This document shows positions 1 through 9,026 of a DNA stretch of 64,000 nucleotides, one piece after another. Source of the DNA: Lachnospiraceae bacterium (GTDB lineage: Bacteria; Bacillota; Clostridia; Lachnospirales; Lachnospiraceae); assembly GCA_017469275.1 (NCBI GenBank), contig JAFUGT010000014.1, positions 2,079 to 66,078 on the forward strand. Reading direction: 5' to 3'. Made by a program: the position numbers and the translations under genes. The stretch's first letter is position 1, and every line of letters starts with the position of its first letter. The notes below the pieces were generated by a model. That model worked only from the letters and a program-made list of their open reading frames with translations. It had not been told where the DNA came from and ran no database searches.

Positions 1-301
1 TGTAAGTGGAACCAAGTATCGTAAAACCTTTGTGATCAGCATCCTCAGTAGTAGATACATTCTCACTACCTTCAAGGTAATTACGTACCAGAGTACCATC
101 CTTAAGATCCTCTATCGGAGCATTCTTGATATTCTCCATTATGACCTGAGCATAATCATTACGCCCCTGCGCAGTTTTGGCACTATCTGTTGTTTTAGTA
201 CTGGTCACCAATGATGAAACAAGTGGAACCATTAGTACCAGAAATACTGCCAATGCTATAAGTACTTCTACCAGTGTGACACCGCTATTCTTTTTTTGCA
301 T
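1..301 (-). CDS. Type IV (minor) pilin / pseudopilin, C-terminus off the window edge
   Basis: Not in the ORF track because it runs off the edge. The reverse strand from ATG at 301..299 reads MQKKNSG|VTLVEVLIALAVFLVLM..., a prepilin-type N-terminal signal (Gly, then a hydrophobic helix with Glu at +5). It lies directly downstream of the pilO-like gene. Confidence 0.75.
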   Translation of the reverse strand, partial: MQKKNSGVTLVEVLIALAVFLVLMVPLVSSLVTSTKTTDSAKTAQGRNDYAQVIMENIKNAPIEDLKDGTLVRNYLEGSENVSTTEDADHKGFTILGSTY

Positions 302-321
302 CATTGGCTATCACTCCATTC

Positions 322-1551
322 TTATTGATAAACTTTAACCAAACCATTCTTTGTTATATTTACCCTAGGTGATACAGTATCATCTCCACTAACCTTAATA
401 TAAACAGGAAGAGCAGTCTTATTATCAACTGTAATCTTAACCTTAACCTGATCATCCGTATTCTTACGCTCAGATGACTGTACAAGAATCTTCACATCTT
501 CAGCAGATGTAATCTCTGCTTCATACGAATTCTGATCATCTAAAGTATACTTACAATAGTTCTTTCCATCTGTCTCATATATTTCATACTTGATGGTAGA
601 AATACCATTATCACTGTTTGAAAGAACTGATGCATCTTTACCTGCACCATTCTGTCCAACAACTTTGGCAGATACATCACTTGACGCTGCATTGATCATA
701 GTATAGAAATCGTATGTTGTCTCAAGTGCAGATCCATCATTATCATCATACTTGGTAAGTTTTTCATTAGCCGAACCAGATGTGCCTACAGCACCACCAA
801 ATATATTATCGACACCAATATCAACCTGATTAAGATCAATACTTCTTTCAGGTCTCTCCTTGCCCTCAACCGAATAACAATATACGCTCATAGAACCGGT
901 ATATTCGTCATCATCCGTCTTAGCAATTGATAACTGATCAACTGTCATTCTGTCTGAGTATGTATCAACATATTTGATAACATCCTTCAAAGATTTGTAA
1001 GATCCTTCATAAGAGATGGGGAAATTTGCTCTATAACATATCAATGAATCATCACCTGCTTCAGCAACAGCTTCACCCTCTGTGGGAGCCGGTTCAGTTG
1101 GTGCCGCCTCTTCTGTTGTCGCAGCATCTGCAGGTGCCTCTCCTTCAGCAGGAGCAGCTTCACCACCTTCAAGCGTAGTAGTAGCTCCACCAGTACCTAA
1201 TGTATAGAATTCTTCTTTCTCTCCCAAACCTAAACTCTTGATATCAAAGTCATTGTTATCCTTGATTCCCTGTAAAAACATAATTGTTATTTCCTGATTC
1301 AAATCTGCAGGAAAAGCAGCCAATACATCCTGATACTTCTGGTCGTATTCAACAATACCAGCCTCATACTTAGGTCTGTCTGCTTCTTTTCTCAAAAGAT
1401 CATCCAACCTTGTCTGTAAACTAACACATTCAGCTTCAATCGCCTGTCTCTCATCAAAATTAGGTTTTGCAAAATATAATATAGATGCACCACATATAAT
1501 AATTCCAAGCAGTATAAGCAATGCACTCTTTGTTGAATTAGTCATCTTCAT
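322..1551 (-). CDS. PilO-like type IV pilus assembly protein with a long C-terminal extension
   Basis: N-terminal TM helix followed by a coiled-coil region (ERQAIEAECVSLQTRLDDLLRKEADRP). It sits immediately after pilM/N. It has an Ala/Pro/Glu/Thr-rich linker and then a roughly 220 aa beta-rich domain of unknown function. Confidence 0.55.
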   Translation of the reverse strand: MKMTNSTKSALLILLGIIICGASILYFAKPNFDERQAIEAECVSLQTRLDDLLRKEADRPKYEAGIVEYDQKYQDVLAAFPADLNQEITIMFLQGIKDNNDFDIKSLGLGEKEEFYTLGTGGATTTLEGGEAAPAEGEAPADAATTEEAAPTEPAPTEGEAVAEAGDDSLICYRANFPISYEGSYKSLKDVIKYVDTYSDRMTVDQLSIAKTDDDEYTGSMSVYCYSVEGKERPERSIDLNQVDIGVDNIFGGAVGTSGSANEKLTKYDDNDGSALETTYDFYTMINAASSDVSAKVVGQNGAGKDASVLSNSDNGISTIKYEIYETDGKNYCKYTLDDQNSYEAEITSAEDVKILVQSSERKNTDDQVKVKITVDNKTALPVYIKVSGDDTVSPRVNITKNGLVKVYQ

Positions 1552-1567
1552 ATTCTATTCCCTCCTG

Positions 1568-3202
1568 TTACTCAGCCTGTAATTCATCAGAAGTCTCTTC
1601 CAACTCATCAACCGGTTCTTCCTCATCCATTGAAACAAATATGCATCTAAAATTAAATTGATATTCTACCTCTCCAGATTCTGCATCGCCTGCCTCAGCA
1701 ATAGAATCCACAAAGACCTCATCAATACACTCAACCTGTTTCATCTGAACGATAAGCTTTGCAACGGCATCATATGAATCCGCAGTACCAGCTATCTGCA
1801 CACCATTTTCACTTGAAGAGAAGCTTTCAACCGTCAAGCCCTTAGGCTGATTAGCCTCTAACGCATCAATAAACATGCTGACATTCTCATTAAGACTCTT
1901 GGTCTGATCATACATTATCTTAGCATCTTCATACTTCGCCTTCTTCTGTTCATACTCTGTTATAACCTGTTCCACGTCCTGAATTGCAAGAATCTGAGCA
2001 TTGAGATTATCTCTCTTGGCAATCGAGTTGTTCTTCATTACCGTCGTAGCAACAATCGAGCCGATACCGACTACTGCCAAAACAACACAGGCTATAGCCG
2101 AATACTTGACAGTATCAGCACTTCCACCAGAAGCGCCGCTCTTCCCTGACTTAACTTCTGTCAACTTGAAGCCCATAGGTGCAAATGCCGCACCGATAGC
2201 AGATACAAGATATACAGGATTATATATCTTAAGGTCAATCTTAGGGTCGAATTTAACATTATATAAGCTGTCAAGTATCTTAGTCTGGATATTCAACTGA
2301 ATCTTGAAAAGTCCATCAATACCACGTATAAGCGCACCATCACCGGTAAGATATACATCATCGATAGGCTTATCCGGATTCTTTGTTACATAGTAATCAA
2401 TAACACGACCAATATTGTTGATAAGATAACGGAACGCACCTGTTGCTGCATTGTCGTCAAAATCAACTGTTATCAATCGTTCATTCTGAAGCAAGCTCAT
2501 AGCTGTTGTAGCGTCAACACCCTTCTCGTCCATAACTTCAGTAACAGCCGCATTAGTACCATACGGAACTGTTCTCTGTAACAGAAGAGCATCGCCCTTA
2601 ACAATGTTAAGGATTGTAGACTCACTACCTAATTGTATGACCATGGTAGTCATAGTAGCACTCGTTTGAGTCTTGATAAGCTGGAGCATTGAATTACCAA
2701 CATAATCAATGGATTGTATAGTAAGTCCAAGCATACTTCCTAATTCATAATAGCCTTTAACCATTGATGACGGTGCAGCTACTACCATTAATTTAATTTG
2801 TTTTGTCTTATCCTCATTCACCACATGTTCCAGGATTGAATGAGAAACAACATAATCTTCTATATTAACAGGGAAATATTCAGATGCATTAGCCGAAACT
2901 ATTCCCTTTATCTTGTTTTCCTTCACTTCCGGAATCAAAACTTCACGGTTCACTATCTTTGTCGAAGTAAGAACAAATATTGCATTTTTATTAGTTATAC
3001 CGTTCCCTTCGAGCTGTTCTCTGATTGCTCCTGCAATCTTCTCCGGATTCTTAATATTACCATCTTCATAAGAATCTTCAGGAGTTTCAAAAATCAACGC
3101 ATTATGTACGTTAGTCTGTTTTTTCATTGAAGGTGTAACTTCAATGATCGTAATACTTTCATTAGTTATGTCTATTGTTAAGACTTTATTACTTTTTGCC
3201 AT
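1568..3202 (-). CDS. pilM: PilM-PilN fusion protein (actin-like ATPase fold, TM segment, PilN-like periplasmic-type domain)
   Basis: The first ~350 aa resemble PilM/FtsA-like proteins. A single TM segment (YSAIACVVLAVVGIGSIVATTVM) follows, then a coiled coil and a C-terminal domain as in PilN. Pilus locus context supports the call. Confidence 0.7.
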   Translation of the reverse strand: MAKSNKVLTIDITNESITIIEVTPSMKKQTNVHNALIFETPEDSYEDGNIKNPEKIAGAIREQLEGNGITNKNAIFVLTSTKIVNREVLIPEVKENKIKGIVSANASEYFPVNIEDYVVSHSILEHVVNEDKTKQIKLMVVAAPSSMVKGYYELGSMLGLTIQSIDYVGNSMLQLIKTQTSATMTTMVIQLGSESTILNIVKGDALLLQRTVPYGTNAAVTEVMDEKGVDATTAMSLLQNERLITVDFDDNAATGAFRYLINNIGRVIDYYVTKNPDKPIDDVYLTGDGALIRGIDGLFKIQLNIQTKILDSLYNVKFDPKIDLKIYNPVYLVSAIGAAFAPMGFKLTEVKSGKSGASGGSADTVKYSAIACVVLAVVGIGSIVATTVMKNNSIAKRDNLNAQILAIQDVEQVITEYEQKKAKYEDAKIMYDQTKSLNENVSMFIDALEANQPKGLTVESFSSSENGVQIAGTADSYDAVAKLIVQMKQVECIDEVFVDSIAEAGDAESGEVEYQFNFRCIFVSMDEEEPVDELEETSDELQAE

Positions 3203-3256
3203 GTCGTAGCCTCCCTCGCTAATCAGAAGTTATTTTTTAATAGGTGATCACTATAA

Positions 3257-4087
3257 TTAAATTCTCATAATATTATCGATCCCTATCATATTCAGGTACC
3301 AGCTCACAAGCTGTTCCCCGCATATCATTGTTATATAAACGCCCAAAGATAAATACGGGCCAAAGGCAAATTGTCTATCGCCTTTCTTAATCTGCATGAG
3401 AATCACATGAATTATCGACCCTATAACGCATCCAATTCCCAAAGCAACAAAATTAAGTTTCCAGCCTAATAGTAAGCCAGTTGCTGCCATTAATTTGATG
3501 TCACCGTCCCCTATAACATGTGTAATATTGTCATCTCCGTATTTTTTCCTAATCATTGGAGTCGCAATCCTATCCACAATGTACAAAAAACCGCTGACCG
3601 CAAAAAGACCAATTACATATTGCCACCAATTAGATACATCTGCAAATAATCGAATTAGTCCACATATCAATATGACACCTGAATATTCTACAGGTATATA
3701 TTCCGTGTTCCAGTCAACTACACTTAATGCTAGAAGCATAGAAGCAGAAACACTAAAAACAATACAGGTAATATTTTGTCCTCTTGACCAACAGAGAATA
3801 CTTACCAGTATTGTATTAAAAAGAAAATAAATTATACGATGATGCAATGGAGCTATCATTATATAGCGACAGAACAAATGAACCTTATAATATGTATATA
3901 ACATAAAGGAAGATACATAATTATTGTCTTTAAATAAAGGTTTCCTGGCTATGCACGATGAATAATATTCACATCCATCACATGAGCCATCATTATCCAT
4001 CGCCTTTACATACGGATACAACCCTACACAAGATATACCTACAAGCCCCGTGATTACAACTAGCATTATCCATATCAACGCTCTCAT
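3257..4087 (-). CDS. pilD: Prepilin peptidase (A24 family)
   Basis: Polytopic membrane protein with both aspartyl motifs (VVDWNTEYIP and GDGDIKLMAATG). It is adjacent to the major pilin gene. Confidence 0.8.
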   Translation of the reverse strand: MRALIWIMLVVITGLVGISCVGLYPYVKAMDNDGSCDGCEYYSSCIARKPLFKDNNYVSSFMLYTYYKVHLFCRYIMIAPLHHRIIYFLFNTILVSILCWSRGQNITCIVFSVSASMLLALSVVDWNTEYIPVEYSGVILICGLIRLFADVSNWWQYVIGLFAVSGFLYIVDRIATPMIRKKYGDDNITHVIGDGDIKLMAATGLLLGWKLNFVALGIGCVIGSIIHVILMQIKKGDRQFAFGPYLSLGVYITMICGEQLVSWYLNMIGIDNIMRI

Positions 4088-4113
4088 ACATCAACCCCAC
4101 AAAGCATGACATA

Positions 4114-4143
4114 GGTACATTCCGCCTTACGACAGAATGTACC
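4114..4143 (-). terminator. Stem-loop between pilA and pilD (possible partial terminator or mRNA stabiliser)
   Basis: Perfect 9-bp inverted repeat ggtacattc (4114-4122) / gaatgtacc (4135-4143) with a 12-nt loop, about 25 nt after the pilA stop. The downstream U-tract is weak. Confidence 0.3.
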
Positions 4144-4167
4144 TTACCCTCATACTTAAAATTAGAA

Positions 4168-4617
4168 TTAGTCAACCCAGTTTGGTCCAATTGTAGGATA
4201 TACCATGTGACCAGCATCAGAACCACCGGCATAAACCTCCACTTTATTATCCGCAAGACCAATTGCTACATAATACTCGCCATTAACCGAAGATCCATGG
4301 AAGTCTTTTTTTGCCTTATGAGTACTTTTAGAACCAAGTGTCTTTGTAACCTCATTCTTAATAGCAGCTTCCCAAGTACCACTATACTTACACAACGCTA
4401 CATCATTTGAAACTGAATCATAAATACTCTCGTTAGAAAGTGCCGTCTGGATTGCAGATGCAATCTGCTGTGCATTAGAGATAGCAGCTGAACCTCTTGA
4501 CTTGTTGATGTACTTGATAAGAGCCGGAGCAAGAGCACCTGCTAAGATTGCCATGATGGCAATAACGATAATAAGTTCGACCAATGAGAAACCTTTGTTA
4601 GTTTTTTTCATAATCAT
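4168..4617 (-). CDS. pilA: Major type IV pilin
   Basis: N-terminus MIMKKTNKG|FSLVELIIVIAIMAILAGA is a canonical class III signal peptide with Phe+1 and Glu+5. The protein is 149 aa. Confidence 0.85.
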   Translation of the reverse strand: MIMKKTNKGFSLVELIIVIAIMAILAGALAPALIKYINKSRGSAAISNAQQIASAIQTALSNESIYDSVSNDVALCKYSGTWEAAIKNEVTKTLGSKSTHKAKKDFHGSSVNGEYYVAIGLADNKVEVYAGGSDAGHMVYPTIGPNWVD

Positions 4618-4677
4618 CTCTCCTTTTTATAATATTTTTTATTAAAACCGCCGTTGGTCGCAGCGGATCTAATCACG

Positions 4678-5889
4678 TTACATAGAATCGATTCCCTTGT
4701 ACATACTAAGAATCGGTCCGTATACAGCTGCAACAATAAGACCTACTATACCAGCAAGAACCACCATGGTAAGAGGTTCCATAGCCTGAGTAAGGGATTC
4801 TGTCGCAAGGTCAACCTCTCGATCGTAGAGGTCAGCCACCTTCTGCATCATATCTTCAATATTACCTGTCTCCTCTCCGATCTTAACCATCTGTACAAGC
4901 ATGGTAGGAAGCACTTCCATATCCTTGAGAGGTTTTGAAAGAGGAAGACCTTTAGCAACCTGAACCTTGGCATCCATAAGACCGTCTCGGAATATCTTGT
5001 TGCCCATCATCTTGGCAACCTGCTCAATCGCATCCAGCATAGGGATACCAGCAGACATCAACGTTGCAAGAGTTCTTGCAAAGGATGCCGAATTGGACTT
5101 TATAACAAGATCTTTGAATATCGGAGCATTAATAGCAATCTTTGCAAATAACAACTCTCCAAATGGCGTAGCCTTAAAAAATTTAAAGCCAACAACCACA
5201 GCTGCAACTATAATAATAAGAAGCGGCCACTTATGTAGGACAAAATCACTTCCCGCCATCATCAATCTCGTTGCGAACGGCAATTGAGTCCCCATCTCCG
5301 CAAACATATCAACAAAGTTAGGGATAACCGCAACCATAACAACTATAATAACCAACACCGCTACTATCATAACCATAATCGGGTACGTAAGAGCCCCCTT
5401 AATCTTGCCCTTCAAAGCATCATCTTTCTCAAAATGAGTCGACAGCCTGTCAAACGATGTCTCCAAACTACCGGAAGACTCACCTGCAGCCGTCATATTA
5501 ATCATAATCGGCGGAAAAACATCAGGATTAAGCCTGAAACCATCAGCTAAAGTACCGCCTTTCTCAACATACACCTTAGCCTCTATAAGCGCCGCCTTCA
5601 AAGTCTTGTTATCCAACTGTTCAGATAACATCTCAAGTGCAGTAATTACTGTAACACCTGCATTAAGAATACTTACCATCTGCTTACACAGAACAGAAAG
5701 ATCACGACTCTTAACTTTCTTCTTCAACGAAAAATTAAAACTTCCACCCTCACCGGCATCTCTGATGTCTGTAACGGTAAGACCTTCCGTCTTCAATCTT
5801 TCAATCGCCTTGTCACGGTCGGCAGCATCTATCGTCCCTTTCTTATTCTTACCGGACGCATCTGTTGCCTTATAATTGTACTGTGCCAT
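4678..5889 (-). CDS. pilC: Type IV pilus platform protein PilC (GspF family)
   Basis: Duplicated T2SS-F architecture with 3 TM blocks. The start is refined to ATG at 5889 (MAQYNYK...), which is preceded by GGAGGAG. The track start at 5955 lacks an RBS. Confidence 0.9.
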   Translation of the reverse strand: MAQYNYKATDASGKNKKGTIDAADRDKAIERLKTEGLTVTDIRDAGEGGSFNFSLKKKVKSRDLSVLCKQMVSILNAGVTVITALEMLSEQLDNKTLKAALIEAKVYVEKGGTLADGFRLNPDVFPPIMINMTAAGESSGSLETSFDRLSTHFEKDDALKGKIKGALTYPIMVMIVAVLVIIVVMVAVIPNFVDMFAEMGTQLPFATRLMMAGSDFVLHKWPLLIIIVAAVVVGFKFFKATPFGELLFAKIAINAPIFKDLVIKSNSASFARTLATLMSAGIPMLDAIEQVAKMMGNKIFRDGLMDAKVQVAKGLPLSKPLKDMEVLPTMLVQMVKIGEETGNIEDMMQKVADLYDREVDLATESLTQAMEPLTMVVLAGIVGLIVAAVYGPILSMYKGIDSM

Positions 5890-6012
5890 CCTTACTCCTC
5901 CACCATTCTCTATTATCACAAAATCCGAAATAGTAATGATATATAATCCTCCCAAGACAATATATCACCGGAAATTATGAACATTTCATTAACAAATTAT
6001 TGCTTAAATATG

Positions 6013-6041
6013 ATAATACTCCATATCCGTCATAATTGCAA
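6013..6041 (-). promoter_or_regulatory. Candidate sigma-A promoter for pilC-pilA
   Basis: On the minus strand: TTGCAA (6041-6036), a 17-nt spacer, then TATTAT (6018-6013). Confidence 0.35.
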
Positions 6042-6090
6042 TATTTTTTTTGTAAAAAAAGATATTTTTATAAAATATGTCAAAAAGTCA

Positions 6091-7143
6091 TTACATTTTC
6101 TTCTTCATGGCTACCTGATCCTGAGCATATATTAGTGCATTCTCACGACTTATCGAACCTTCTCTGTACAAATCATACAAATAATCATCTAACGTGATCA
6201 TTCCCATCTGCCTGCTGGTCTGGATTGTCGACTGAATCTGATGTGTCTTTGCTTCACGGATAAGACTTCGTATCGCAGGACTTCCTAGCATTACCTCAAA
6301 AGCTGCAACTCGTCCTCTGTCATCCTCGCAAGGTACAAGTGCCTGCGAGATAACACCTTCCAAAATCATCGCTAACTGAATACGGGTCTGTTGCTGCTGA
6401 TGAGTCGGGAAAACATCGATGATACGATCGATTGTATTGGCCGCTCCAATTGTATGCAACGTAGAGAACACCAAGTGTCCTGTCTCGGCAGCGGTAATGG
6501 CTGTAGAAATAGTCTCCAAGTCACGCATCTCTCCAAGAAGTATGATATCCGGATCCTCACGAAGAGCAGCTCTTAACGCATTACCGTAGCTTAATGTATC
6601 CATACCAACCTCACGCTGGTTAACAACCGATTTCTTATGATGATGCACATACTCTATAGGATCCTCCAAAGTAATGATATGATCCGTAAGATTCTCATTA
6701 GCTTTATTAATAATAGAAGCAAGAGTTGTAGACTTTCCCGAACCCGTAGGTCCCGTTACAAGCACCAGTCCTCTTTTTCTCTTGTATAACTCAACAACTT
6801 CAGTAGGGATTCCCAACTGATCTGGTCTTGGTATCACAGTCTCAACACGACGGTAAGCCGCTGCCATATTACCTCTGTCCATGAATACATTAACACGGAA
6901 ACGTCCCGTCTCATCTGAGTCGAAGGAGAAATCGACCTCTCCTCTTTCTTTAAGTATCTGTTTGTGACGCTCATGCATCGTCGCCCCGATCATCTCTGCC
7001 GCATCCGCAGGTTCAAGAGGCGGGCATTCAACCTCAATAAGCTTACCATGTATTCTAAGTTTGGGCGGTATACCTACCGCAATATGTACGTCGGAAGCTT
7101 TCTGCTCCACTGAAAATGCCAATAACTCTTTGATGTCAATCAT
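6091..7143 (-). CDS. pilT: Twitching motility retraction ATPase PilT
   Basis: 350 aa with Walker A GPTGSGKST, Asp box and His box (TGHLVFSTLHT). This is typical PilT length and sequence. Confidence 0.9.
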   Translation of the reverse strand: MIDIKELLAFSVEQKASDVHIAVGIPPKLRIHGKLIEVECPPLEPADAAEMIGATMHERHKQILKERGEVDFSFDSDETGRFRVNVFMDRGNMAAAYRRVETVIPRPDQLGIPTEVVELYKRKRGLVLVTGPTGSGKSTTLASIINKANENLTDHIITLEDPIEYVHHHKKSVVNQREVGMDTLSYGNALRAALREDPDIILLGEMRDLETISTAITAAETGHLVFSTLHTIGAANTIDRIIDVFPTHQQQQTRIQLAMILEGVISQALVPCEDDRGRVAAFEVMLGSPAIRSLIREAKTHQIQSTIQTSRQMGMITLDDYLYDLYREGSISRENALIYAQDQVAMKKKM

Positions 7144-7241
7144 CTGTTAAACCCCTTTCAATTTATAGTTTCATTATATATAATATCTTCCGCAGTATAT
7201 ATGTCATCACATATAACATTAAGATTATGCCGTGTGAAAAA

Positions 7242-8960
7242 TCAATACTCATCTCCCGCTTCGTATACGATTTTTCTCATTTCCGAAAGAGATGTCACTC
7301 CATTAAGCACATGTCTTGAACAACTTATCTTAAGTGTTGACATGCCTTCTTTGAGAGCCTGTTTCTCAATCTCGTTAGCAGGAGCATTCTTGGCAATAAC
7401 CTGTTGAAGACTTCTGGTAACAGTCATCATCTCATATACACCGATTCGACCTGCAAATCCTGTATCATTGCAAAGATTACAGCCATTTGGCTCATATACG
7501 ATAACATCCTCCTGATCTTCCGGAATCCCAAGAAGTCTCTTCTCATTAGGTTCTGCATATCTTGGTTGCTTACATGTACAAAGACGTCTTACAAGACGCT
7601 GTGCGATAACACCCACCAAGGCATCACCGGCTGTATACGGCTCAATTCCCATATCAATAAGACGGGTAACTGTAGACGCAGCAGAGTTAGTATGCAGTGT
7701 AGATACAACCAAGTGACCTGTGATAGCGGCTTTAACCGCAATATCCGCAGTCTCGCCATCACGAATCTCTCCGATCATTATTATATCCGGGTCCTGACGA
7801 AGAATAGATCTAAGAGCTGCCGCAAATGTCATATCCGCCTTCTCATTAACCTGACACTGATTGATTCCATCGATATTAGCCTCCACCGGATCCTCAACAG
7901 TTATGATATTAACTTCCTCTGTATTAAGCTCACTAAGCGCCGTATAAAGAGTTGTTGATTTACCTGAACCTGTAGGTCCCGTTACAAGGATGATTCCATG
8001 GGGGTTAGAAAGAATTCCATCGAACACTTTCTCTTCTGAAGGTGAAAGACCAAGTCCTGATTTAGGTCTCGTAAGTCCGTCCTTAGAAGTAAGACGCATA
8101 ACCGTCTTCTCTCCATACACTGTAGGAAGCATAGATACACGGATATCAAACTCTTTTCTATCTACCATGATAGATATACGTCCATCCTGAGGTTTACGTT
8201 TCTCAGATATATCCATACCGCCCATAATCTTAAGTCGTGCACATATACCGGAAAGCAATGAATAATCATATGACATGACCTGTTTAAGTACACCGTCAAT
8301 ACGATATCTTACACGAACCGACGTCTCTAACGGTTCAATATGTATATCGGAAGCTCTTTGTCTCACTCCGCCTTCAAGAATCTGTTTAACGAGCAAAACG
8401 ATAGGAGAATTCTCAATATCCGCATTGTATTCATCCTCCTCCGCCTGTGAAAGCATATCCTGCTCACGCTCTTTACGATACGCTTCAGCGGCCTCCATAG
8501 CCTGATGATTACCATAGAACTTAGCAATAGCATCATCAAGATCCTCTTCCATTGCAAGCATGGCTTCTATCTGTGAACCTGTTATAATTGACAAGTCGTC
8601 AATCGCTATAATATCCATAGGATCCGACATAGCCACCTTAAGAAGGTTTGGATTATTCTCATCATATCCTATAGGAAGCACCTTATACTTAAGTATAATG
8701 TCCTCCGGGATTAATGCAAGTGTATCATCTTCTAACTTAACACCCTTAAGATCTATGAATTCTACGCCCAACTGCTGGGTAAGTGTTGCAATTAAAAGTT
8801 CCTGACTTATAAGACCACTTTCAAGAAGAGTACGTCCAAGTCTTGTTCCCTTCTCCTTCTGCAATGCCAACGCCTGCTGTAACTCATCCTCCGTGATTGC
8901 TCCCGCCGCAACGAGGAGATCACCCATTCTGATTTTCTTTCTACCTACTCCTATACGCAT
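7242..8960 (-). CDS. pilB: Type IV pilus assembly ATPase PilB (GspE family)
   Basis: 572 aa with an N-terminal MshEN/T2SSE_N-like region, Walker A GPTGSGKST, and a tetracysteine cluster (CTC...C...CNLC). Confidence 0.9.
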   Translation of the reverse strand: MRIGVGRKKIRMGDLLVAAGAITEDELQQALALQKEKGTRLGRTLLESGLISQELLIATLTQQLGVEFIDLKGVKLEDDTLALIPEDIILKYKVLPIGYDENNPNLLKVAMSDPMDIIAIDDLSIITGSQIEAMLAMEEDLDDAIAKFYGNHQAMEAAEAYRKEREQDMLSQAEEDEYNADIENSPIVLLVKQILEGGVRQRASDIHIEPLETSVRVRYRIDGVLKQVMSYDYSLLSGICARLKIMGGMDISEKRKPQDGRISIMVDRKEFDIRVSMLPTVYGEKTVMRLTSKDGLTRPKSGLGLSPSEEKVFDGILSNPHGIILVTGPTGSGKSTTLYTALSELNTEEVNIITVEDPVEANIDGINQCQVNEKADMTFAAALRSILRQDPDIIMIGEIRDGETADIAVKAAITGHLVVSTLHTNSAASTVTRLIDMGIEPYTAGDALVGVIAQRLVRRLCTCKQPRYAEPNEKRLLGIPEDQEDVIVYEPNGCNLCNDTGFAGRIGVYEMMTVTRSLQQVIAKNAPANEIEKQALKEGMSTLKISCSRHVLNGVTSLSEMRKIVYEAGDEY

Positions 8961-9026
8961 ATTCTAATCCTCTCATATTCGTTGTAATTATTAATATATC
9001 TGTTCTTAATCGCACAACTCATTATA

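Noticed and set aside
3993-4262. An 89-aa minus-strand ORF spanning the pilA-pilD junction.
   Set aside because: It overlaps the ends of two well-supported genes in another frame and has no motifs, so it is considered spurious.
4648-4666. A possible terminator between pilC and pilA (ccgc...gcgg followed by T/A-rich sequence on the minus strand).
   Set aside because: Only a 4-bp stem could be drawn, which is too weak to support a call.
7404-7958. Long plus-strand ORFs antisense to minus-strand genes, for example 7404..7958, 38260..38808, 41469..41888, 42713..43165, 53608..54036, 56453..56884 and 57269..57736.
   Set aside because: They are shadow ORFs opposite well-supported conserved genes (pilB, prmA, dnaK, grpE, comEC, histidine kinase). 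Their products are low-complexity or Ser/Ile/Leu-rich, with no RBS and no recognisable motifs.
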